From Candidatus Sumerlaeia bacterium (GTDB lineage: Bacteria > Sumerlaeota > Sumerlaeia > SLMS01 > JANRJK01): a stretch of DNA of 18,938 nt. The notes below the pieces were generated by a model that was not told the origin of the DNA, ran no database searches, and worked only from the letters and a program-made list of their open reading frames with translations. Positions 9,123 through 15,623 of this stretch are shown in pieces (positions within the stretch are counted from its first letter, which is position 1; each line of letters opens with the position of its first letter). Position numbers and translations under genes: made by a program. The stretch is from the NCBI GenBank assembly GCA_033764015.1, contig JANRJK010000011.1, forward strand, positions 1 to 18,938, written 5' to 3'.

Positions 9123-9193
9123 GCGCGCCACGCGGACTCGCCGCGCCCCGGTCGTCCCCGAAGACCGCATCGCGGCGAGTCCGCGCGGCGCGC
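9123..9193. repeat. Long imperfect palindrome (7 bp + mismatch + perfect 15 bp stem)
   Basis: 9131-9145 CGCGGACTCGCCGCG is the exact reverse complement of 9171-9185. 9123-9129 pairs with 9187-9193. Inner CGGTC/GACCG stem. Confidence 0.8.
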
Positions 9194-9298
9194 TCCGGAT
9201 CGACTAGCATGTGGTAAGGGCAGGGTTTGCGGGTGGACATACCGCCCACTGGCGCAAACGCGCTAGACCTACGTCAGGAGGTCAGGGGGAGGTCGGTA
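9164..9298 (+). repeat. Left copy of ~135-bp diverged inverted repeat
   Basis: Aligns without gaps to the reverse complement of 10496-10630; about 101/135 identities by hand count. Core 9225-9261 is 34/37 identical. Confidence 0.9.
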
Positions 9299-9413
9299 TC
9301 GAGCGCCAGTGTCCACCGCGAGCGATCGCCCAAACGTGGATTCTCCTTGCCTCGACCAAAATCTTTGGCTTCGTCTCGTAACTTAGTTCAATTTTCTCCC
9401 AAAGGAGGTTCCA

Positions 9414-9764
9414 GTGAACCCTACAGGACGCATGCAGGCATTGAGCGGTCTAGTGGCCGCCGCGCCCGTGCTAATCGCGACATTTTGTGTCGCAATATCG
9501 CACGGTAGCACAAGACCCACCCCCATTGGCGAGGTTCCACCGGTTGAGATCGAATGTGAGGAGACTTCGGTTTCCCATGGTTCCGGGTACCAGTACTGTA
9601 CTCGCTGCTTGGCAAACCGCTACGTTATCCCACCACCTCGCGTGGTGTTTGGCAAACAGACCTGCTATGTTTGCGTAGCAGGGTGCAGCACAAACGTGAA
9701 TCGAGATTGCTCCATCACCCACACGGGAACTTGGGTATCCACAGTAGTGGACTGTCAAGTATGA
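9414..9764 (+). CDS. Small secreted cysteine-rich protein (hypothetical)
   Basis: Strong SD AAGGAGG before GTG 9414; hydrophobic signal-like N-terminus; 8 Cys in the predicted mature part, including CTRC and CYVCVAGC. Confidence 0.7.
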   Translation: MNPTGRMQALSGLVAAAPVLIATFCVAISHGSTRPTPIGEVPPVEIECEETSVSHGSGYQYCTRCLANRYVIPPPRVVFGKQTCYVCVAGCSTNVNRDCSITHTGTWVSTVVDCQV

Positions 9765-9774
9765 CCCTAATCGC

Positions 9775-9806
9775 GCGGGCGAAGCCAGTCTTTCGGCTTC
9801 GCCCGC
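9775..9806 (+). promoter_or_regulatory. Intergenic stem-loop between the two cassette genes
   Basis: Perfect 12-bp stem GCGGGCGAAGCC/GGCTTCGCCCGC, 8-nt loop, 10 nt after the stop at 9764; no U-tract. Confidence 0.6.
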
Positions 9807-9832
9807 CAAACCATTCGTCGAAGAGGAACCCC

Positions 9833-10501
9833 ATGCGGACGCTTCGTACTATACTCACCATGTCCACGGCTCTGCTCCTCGCATTCGCCATATCATGCGA
9901 GAGGGAACCGGCGCAGCCAGCCGCTGGCTCGCCTCGATTCTCCACTGTTTCCGCAGAGTCCGTTGTTTCCGAGTCGATTTCGGGGGAGTACACGGATCTG
10001 ACGGCTTCCAACATCGGGGAAATAGCAGGACATATCCGCATTGCAGAAAACGAAGCGACCGATGCGGCGGCATTGGAAGCATGGGCAGCAACATTGGCAA
10101 ACCGCCTGATGGAAGGCCTTGTTCTGCAGAACTTCGAAGGCCTCAGTTCGCTGGGGGCATCCGACGAAAACGGAAACCCGATATCCGAGGTAATCCAACA
10201 CTATCAGAACCAGTCTCCCAACTTCCATTGGAAGAGTATCAATCTAGAGCATTCCAAGGTCGAAATCTTGAATGGTGGATCGGACGGAAAACTCAAGTCG
10301 CTACCCGAGTTTCAGGCGTCTTCCGCCGTCCTTGCTCGGGAAATGGGTCGACCCATTTATATCCGGATCGAGTTTCATGTCGGCCATCTGTTGGAAGGTA
10401 GGAACATGGTGGTCTTTGGTTTTCTTCAAGACTGGCCCGACGGGGATCCCATGCTGGCCAGATTGATGCACTCCAACCTCCTCACGGTTCAGAACTACTG
10501 A
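9833..10501 (+). CDS. Putative lipoprotein (hypothetical)
   Basis: GAGGA RBS before ATG 9833; MRTLRTILTMSTALLLAFAIS-C lipoprotein-type signal; natural amino-acid composition. Alternative start ATG 9761 overlaps the upstream stop. Confidence 0.75.
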   Translation: MRTLRTILTMSTALLLAFAISCEREPAQPAAGSPRFSTVSAESVVSESISGEYTDLTASNIGEIAGHIRIAENEATDAAALEAWAATLANRLMEGLVLQNFEGLSSLGASDENGNPISEVIQHYQNQSPNFHWKSINLEHSKVEILNGGSDGKLKSLPEFQASSAVLAREMGRPIYIRIEFHVGHLLEGRNMVVFGFLQDWPDGDPMLARLMHSNLLTVQNY

Positions 10502-10630
10502 CATCACCCTGACCCCTTGACCTTGCTCCGATGCGCTTGCGCCAGTGGGCGGCTTGTCCACCCGCAAACATTTCCACCAACACGTGCTGATCTAACCGGG
10601 GCGCGCCGCGCAAGCCGGCCGCGAGGCGGT
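10496..10630 (-). repeat. Right copy of ~135-bp diverged inverted repeat
   Basis: Reverse complement of the core reads GTTTGCGGGTGGACAAGCCGCCCACTGGCGCAAGCGC versus the left copy GTTTGCGGGTGGACATACCGCCCACTGGCGCAAACGC. Confidence 0.9.
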
Positions 10631-10705
10631 TCATCAAGGTCGCGCCGCGGCTCAAAGCCGGTCCGCTCGCGGATGAACGGGGCGTAACGCGTCGGCCCCC
10701 CTGCG

Positions 10706-11902
10706 CTACAGCATGTGCCCGCAATGGTTGCACTTGCGGCCGTAGACGTCGTCGGAGCCGCAGACGGGGCAGCTCGGCTTCCCCGAGGCGTCGGACTGCG
10801 TGGCGTAGGACTTGATGACCTTGTACACGCGGGTCTTGGCGGGGTCGCCGAGGGACGGGGCGGCCTTCTGCGTCGGCTCCTCCAGGTTCGCGCGGGGGAT
10901 CGGCGGGCGGTCGGGCATGGGGACGTCGGGCCGGCGCGAGGTCGGGGGGATCGGCGTGGGGGTGAAGTTGTTCATCTTCGCCTGCCCGTACCCGGTCCCC
11001 GTGGTGTCGTTGAGGCGGCTCGACTGCGGCCCGAGCGCGCGCTTCTCGACATCGAAGCGCGACGCCGGCGCCACGACGCGCGGTTGGCGCGGGATGGCGC
11101 CGCTCGGGGGGACCGCCTGCGGCAGGGAGTTGTCGCCGCCGGGGAGCCTCATGCCGCCTCCGCCACCGGGCGACATCGGGATCGGCGTGTGCTGCGGCGC
11201 GTAGCCGCCGGCGCCCTGTCCTTGCGGAGCCATGGGGAGCGGCGCGGTCGGCTGCTGCTGCGGCTGTTGCAGCGGGAGCTGCCCCGGCAGCTGCGCGTGC
11301 GGCGCGGGCGCGGGGGGACGCACGGGGGCGAGGTTGCTGAAGTTGTAGACGCCGGTCGCCGGCATCGGCGCCGCGGGCTGCGAGCCGATCGGGACCGCCG
11401 CGGGGATGCGCGGCGGGTGCGCGGCGCTGGGGAACTGGGAGGCGGCGGGCTGCGCGGGGAACTGGGGAGGCGGCGCCGCCGAGCCGTACGAGCCGCCGCG
11501 CCCGTAGGCGGCGGGGATCGACGGCTGCGACCGCTGCGGCGCGGGCGCCGTGGGCGGCGCGTGCTGGTAGTAGCCGCCCCCCGGCTGCACGCCGGGCGGG
11601 GTGCCCGGCACCGGCGAAGGCGGCTGCTGCGCCGGCAGCGGCGTGCCCGGCACGACGCCCGGGAAGTTGAACTGGCCCGTCACCGGGATCGGCGTCAGGT
11701 CGTCCGGCTCCGGGTGCGGCAGGTCGCCGTCCAGGCTCAGGTTCGAGATTTCCGAGCGGGCGGAGACCTCGGCCAGGTAGGCGGCGAGGTTCGCGATGTA
11801 CTCGACGAAATCACGCTCGTTCTTGTAGAGGGACACGTTCCTCTTCAAGATGTCGATGATCTCGTCCTTGGTGAAATGCTCGCGAGCTGCCTTGATGGCC
11901 AT
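10706..11902 (-). CDS. Hypothetical protein: helical N-domain, long Pro/Gln/Gly-rich region, C-terminal zinc ribbon
   Basis: 398 aa with host-like codon use; ends CPVCGSDDVYGRKCNHCGHML; candidate promoter upstream. Confidence 0.85.
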   Translation of the reverse strand: MAIKAAREHFTKDEIIDILKRNVSLYKNERDFVEYIANLAAYLAEVSARSEISNLSLDGDLPHPEPDDLTPIPVTGQFNFPGVVPGTPLPAQQPPSPVPGTPPGVQPGGGYYQHAPPTAPAPQRSQPSIPAAYGRGGSYGSAAPPPQFPAQPAASQFPSAAHPPRIPAAVPIGSQPAAPMPATGVYNFSNLAPVRPPAPAPHAQLPGQLPLQQPQQQPTAPLPMAPQGQGAGGYAPQHTPIPMSPGGGGGMRLPGGDNSLPQAVPPSGAIPRQPRVVAPASRFDVEKRALGPQSSRLNDTTGTGYGQAKMNNFTPTPIPPTSRRPDVPMPDRPPIPRANLEEPTQKAAPSLGDPAKTRVYKVIKSYATQSDASGKPSCPVCGSDDVYGRKCNHCGHML

Positions 11903-11964
11903 CTAAGCGCCTTTCGCGGGCCCGGGGCGGAATCGAACTTGCCCCGTGCACTCCCGCATTGTCG

Positions 11965-11993
11965 AGCATGGTATAGGCGCACGGGCCCGTCAA
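11965..11993 (-). promoter_or_regulatory. Candidate sigma70-type promoter for the Pro-rich protein gene
   Basis: TTGACG - 17 nt - CATGCT on the minus strand, about 60 nt upstream of ATG 11902. Confidence 0.45.
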
Positions 11994-12085
11994 GCAATGG
12001 TCGATTCGCCCAGCGCAAAAATCGACCGGCACCCGCCGCGGGCCCAGCGCGGGCCGGCCCGCCCGCCCGAAGCCAAAGGAACCCC

Positions 12086-12385
12086 ATGATCCTCGGACGC
12101 ATCGTCGGAACCGTCGTCGCCACGCGCAAGGACGAGGGCCTCGAAGGCACCAAGCTGCTCGTCGTGCAGCACTGCGACCCCGCGGCGAAGCCGCTCTCCG
12201 CCTACACCATCGCCGCGGACGGCGTCGGCGCCGGCGAGGGCGACGTGGTGCTGGTGGTCACCGGCTCGAGCGCCCGCATGGCCTCCACGCTCAAGAACCG
12301 CCCCCTCGACGCCAGCATCATCGCCATCGTCGACACGGTCGAAATCGAGGGGAAGACGTCCTACCGCAAGGGGGCGGGGGGCTAA
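12086..12385 (+). CDS. eutN: EutN/CcmL family bacterial microcompartment vertex (BMC-P) protein
   Basis: AAGGA RBS; MILGRIVGTVVATRKDEGLEGTKLLVVQ...AADGVGAGEGDVVLVVTGSSAR...PLDASIIAIVD; 99 aa. Confidence 0.95.
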   Translation: MILGRIVGTVVATRKDEGLEGTKLLVVQHCDPAAKPLSAYTIAADGVGAGEGDVVLVVTGSSARMASTLKNRPLDASIIAIVDTVEIEGKTSYRKGAGG

Positions 12386-12389
12386 TCCC

Positions 12390-13145
12390 TCACCCCGCCG
12401 TCCGCAGCGCCTCGTAGCGGGCGCCCACGCGCCGCCAGTCCACCACGTTGCGCCACGCGTCCACGTAGTCCGCGCGCCGGTTCTGGTAGCGCAGGTAGTA
12501 GGCGTGCTCCCACACGTCGAGGGCCAGCAGCGGCACCTCGCCGAAGGTGGTCAGCAGGTTCTGGTTCTGCCCCTGGCTGATGAAGAGGCGTCCGGTCGAC
12601 AGGTCGTAGGAGAGCTTGCCCCAGCCGGAGCCCTCGACCGCCTTCGTCGCGGCGGCGAAGTGCGCCCAGAAGGCGTCGAAGGAACCGAACTCCGCATCGA
12701 GCGCCTTCGCCAGGTCCCCCGTCGGGGCGCCGCCGCCGTCCGGGCCCATGCAGTCCCAGAAGACGCAGTGGAGCAGGTGGCCGCCCGCGTTGAAGGTGAG
12801 CTTCTTCGAGAGCGCCTCGACCTGCGCGAAGTCGCCCGTTTCGCGCGCCTTCGCCAGCGCGGCGAGGTTCGCGTTCGCGCCGTTCACATAGCCCGCGTGG
12901 TGCTTCGAGTGGTGCAGTTCCATCGTCTGCGCGTCGATCGCCGCTTCCAGCGCGTCGTAGGCGTAGGGCAGCGCCGGGAGCGCGTACTTGCCGTCCGCGC
13001 CGGCGGCGCCGGGAAAGAGGGCGGCGAAGCCCTTGCCGGCGGCCGCCTCCTGCGCCGCCGCGCCGAGCGGGGAGAGCGCCGCCGCCGCGCCGAACACCGC
13101 CGCCCCCGCCAGAAAGTCGCGCCGTCCGATCGCTTCCGATGCCAT
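12390..13145 (-). CDS. Fe/Mn superoxide dismutase with twin-arginine signal peptide
   Basis: GAGGTGA RBS; GRRDFL Tat motif; LPALPYAYDALE, HHSKHHAGYV, FNAGGH, GSGWG, DVWEHAYY. Confidence 0.95.
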   Translation of the reverse strand: MASEAIGRRDFLAGAAVFGAAAALSPLGAAAQEAAAGKGFAALFPGAAGADGKYALPALPYAYDALEAAIDAQTMELHHSKHHAGYVNGANANLAALAKARETGDFAQVEALSKKLTFNAGGHLLHCVFWDCMGPDGGGAPTGDLAKALDAEFGSFDAFWAHFAAATKAVEGSGWGKLSYDLSTGRLFISQGQNQNLLTTFGEVPLLALDVWEHAYYLRYQNRRADYVDAWRNVVDWRRVGARYEALRTAG

Positions 13146-13150
13146 GTGCG

Positions 13151-13774
13151 TCACCTCAGGTCCTGTGAAATGTTGGTCCGCCGGCGGAGCGGGCGGAGGT
13201 CTTCGGCGGCGAGCTCGTTGCCCGCCCGGTACCTCGGGAGCAGTTCCCGGACCAGAAGCGCGGCCTCCCGCGGCTGGTTCGCGCCGAAGACCATGTCCTC
13301 GCGCAGGTTCGTGAAGCGCACCCGGTCGTCCAGCGGGCGGTCGGAGAGCTTTCCGCTCCAGCCGTCGATGCGCATCGCCACCACCAGGCGGTTCGCCAGC
13401 CACGCCTGCGCGATCTCCGAAAGCGTGCCCGCGCCGCCGCCCACCGCGATCAGCGCGTCGGCGTACGCGACCAGGCAGTTGCGCATGTGGCCCATGCCGG
13501 TCGGCAGCACGATGTCGGCGTGCTGGTTCGCCGAGTCGCGGTCGAGCGCGGGAACCAGCGCGACCACGTCGCCGGTGATGTAGCGGCCGGAGCGCTTGGC
13601 GCCCTTCGACGCCGCCTCCATCACGCCGCCGAGTCCGCCGGTGAGCACGCGGAAGCCGGCGGAGACCAGCTCCTCGCCGATGTCCTCCGCGAGCGTGTAC
13701 TTCGGCGTGCCGGGCTTCGCGTTGCCGTCGCCGACGACGGCGACGATTCCGTGGCGTGTCTCGCGTGCTTCCAT
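13151..13774 (-). CDS. TIGR00725 / LOG-like (SLOG) Rossmann-fold protein
   Basis: VLTGGLGGVMEAASKGA, TGMGHMRN, IAVGGGAGTLSEIA. Confidence 0.88.
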   Translation of the reverse strand: MEARETRHGIVAVVGDGNAKPGTPKYTLAEDIGEELVSAGFRVLTGGLGGVMEAASKGAKRSGRYITGDVVALVPALDRDSANQHADIVLPTGMGHMRNCLVAYADALIAVGGGAGTLSEIAQAWLANRLVVAMRIDGWSGKLSDRPLDDRVRFTNLREDMVFGANQPREAALLVRELLPRYRAGNELAAEDLRPLRRRTNISQDLR

Positions 13775-13859
13775 TGGAGGTGGTTCCGGGCGTGGGGGAT
13801 TGTGCGAGCAGCTTGCCCCGGGGCGCGCGGTGGGCAAGCGGGGCCTTGCGCGCGGCGCG

Positions 13860-14606
13860 CTACGCGAGGCGCAGCAGCAGGAAGAACTCGCGGTTCCCGT
13901 CGCCGCCGGCGATCGGCGAGGGGGCCTCCGCCGCGACCTCCCAGCCGCGCGCCGCGGCGGATTGCTTGACCATGTCAACGGCTTCCCGGTGCGCCGCCGG
14001 GTCCGTCACGACGCCGCCGCGGGGGATGCGACCGCGGCCCAGCTCGAACTGCGGCTTCACCAGGAGCGCCGCCGCCGCCGGCCGCGCCAGCACGCGCTCC
14101 AGCGGCCCCAGCGCCCGCGTCGCGGAGATGAAGCTGAGGTCCGCCACCGCGAGAGCGGGGCGCGGGTCGAACTGCTCCGGCTCGAGCGCGTCCAGGTGCG
14201 TGCGCTCGCGGGCGTCCACGCGCGGGTCGGCGGCGAGCCGCGCGTGCAACTGCCCGCGCCCCACGTCGATGGCGTAGACCTTCGCCGCGCCGCGCTGCAG
14301 CAGGCAGTCCGTGAAGCCCCCGGTGCTCGCCCCGAGGTCCAGCGCCACCGCCCCGGCCGGATCGAGCGCGAAGGCGTCGAGCGCGCCCGCCAGCTTCACC
14401 CCGCCGCGGGAGACGTAGGGGTGCTCCGCGCCGAGCACCCGCAGCGCCGTGTCCGCGTCGATGAGGTGCCCCGGTTTGTCGAATCGCTTGTCGGGGCCCA
14501 CGACCAGCCCGGCGCGGATCAGGCGCTGCGCCTGCTCGCGCGACTCCGCGAGGCCGAGCTGCGCGAGCAACTGGTCCACGCGGACCTTTACGGGGCCCCG
14601 TGGCAC
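13860..14606 (-). CDS. tlyA: TlyA family rRNA (cytidine-2'-O)-methyltransferase
   Basis: S4 domain (RVDQLLAQLGLAESREQAQRLIRAG), YVSRGGVKL, LDLGASTGGFTDCLLQRGA, DLSFIS, LVKPQFE, GGDGNREF. GTG start inferred. Confidence 0.95.
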   Translation of the reverse strand: MPRGPVKVRVDQLLAQLGLAESREQAQRLIRAGLVVGPDKRFDKPGHLIDADTALRVLGAEHPYVSRGGVKLAGALDAFALDPAGAVALDLGASTGGFTDCLLQRGAAKVYAIDVGRGQLHARLAADPRVDARERTHLDALEPEQFDPRPALAVADLSFISATRALGPLERVLARPAAAALLVKPQFELGRGRIPRGGVVTDPAAHREAVDMVKQSAAARGWEVAAEAPSPIAGGDGNREFFLLLRLA

Positions 14607-14610
14607 GATC

Positions 14611-15408
14611 TCAGCCGCCGCGGACCAGGCAGCCGCAGTCGGGGATGTCGCCGAGCGAGCGGACGAGCTGCGCGACGGCGCCCGCGCCGAGCCCCACCGC
14701 GTTGGCGTCGTCCGTGTCGAGGTGCAGCTCCGCGCGGAAGTTCGGCGCCACGCGCACCTGCACGTCGTAGAACAGCACCGGCCGGTCGCCGTCGACCTTG
14801 AGCAGCACCGTCTGCCGGTCGCGCAGCCCGAGCAGCGCGGCCTCCTCCGTCGAAAGGTGCACATGGCGGTTCGCGCGGATCACGCCGCGCTCCATCGCGA
14901 GGTGCCCCGCGGGGCCGACCATCAGCAGCCCCGGCGTCCCGCGGTGGTCGCCACTGGGGCGCACCGGCGGCTCGATGCCGAGCTGGATGCAGTCGGTGAG
15001 CGACACCTCGACCTGCGTTTCGCTGCGCGCCGGGCCGAGGATGCGCACGCGCTCGAGGGCGCGCCCGCGCGGGCCGATGATGGAGACGGTCTGCTTCGCG
15101 GCGAACTGGCCGGTCTGCTTCAGCGGCTTCAGCGGCTCCAGCGCCGCGCCCTTGCCGAAGAGGATCTCCACCTGCTCCGCCGTCACATGGCAGTGGCGCG
15201 CGGAAACCCCGATGGGGATGTAGCCCCGCTCCAAGGTGCGCTCCGGCCCGGGGTCCGGGAAGATCTCGCAGCGCCCCGTGTCCTCCGCCTCCTCCAGCAC
15301 CGCGCCGGAGCCCTGCGGAGCGTGCCGGGAGGCGTGCGCGCCCAAGCGCGCGGCGACCTCGTCGGCGACGCGGCGGATCATTTCGGCTTGCGTAACCCAG
15401 CGCTCCAT
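14611..15408 (-). CDS. pduL: Phosphate propanoyltransferase PduL
   Basis: IPIGVSARHCH, LKQTGQFAA, VRILGPAR..TQVEVS.TD, RHVH, ELHLDTDDANA. Start is ATG 15408 or 15381. Confidence 0.93.
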   Translation of the reverse strand: MERWVTQAEMIRRVADEVAARLGAHASRHAPQGSGAVLEEAEDTGRCEIFPDPGPERTLERGYIPIGVSARHCHVTAEQVEILFGKGAALEPLKPLKQTGQFAAKQTVSIIGPRGRALERVRILGPARSETQVEVSLTDCIQLGIEPPVRPSGDHRGTPGLLMVGPAGHLAMERGVIRANRHVHLSTEEAALLGLRDRQTVLLKVDGDRPVLFYDVQVRVAPNFRAELHLDTDDANAVGLGAGAVAQLVRSLGDIPDCGCLVRGG

Positions 15409-15623
15409 GGCGGGTAGAGAGCGGATTAAAGGACTTAGGCGGCAACCGGAAAGGTCCCGGGGAAAGCGGATATCGCCGACCCCAGAAGGCCCGCCCGATC
15501 CACCTTGACCTAAGGTCGATCCGAGGATTGACTGACGCGGTAAATGAGGGTTCCGTCGGGACCTCACCAAAGGCAGCTTTGCGAGGCGCTTCGGAAGCCT
15601 CCATGTCGAAAAGGAGAGCAACA

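Larger units (their letters stand above)
9164..10630. mobile_element. Putative non-autonomous, inverted-repeat-flanked low-GC gene cassette
   Basis: Inverted repeats at both ends; interior clearly lower in GC (sampled 60-nt lines 43-67% versus ~75% in the flanks); two unrecognised genes; no intact transposase or integrase and no clear target-site duplication. Confidence 0.6.

Noticed and set aside
9164..10630. CRISPR array or intact IS
   Set aside because: Only two copies, inverted rather than direct; no spacers, cas genes or transposase ORF.
10590..10690. attC-like site (ATCTAAC ... GTAACGC)
   Set aside because: The right box lacks GTT, the spacer to the L box is too long, and the left part is better explained as the outer arm of the inverted repeat.
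10482..10733. 83-aa ORF spanning the right repeat, suggesting the repeats are duplicated coding sequence
   Set aside because: Some differences between copies are synonymous in this frame, but the left copy has an in-frame TAG and no family is recognisable. Not supportable without a search.
10715..12385. 556-aa ORF ending in EutN
   Set aside because: The upstream part is antisense to the Pro-rich gene; EutN has its own RBS and ATG at 12086.
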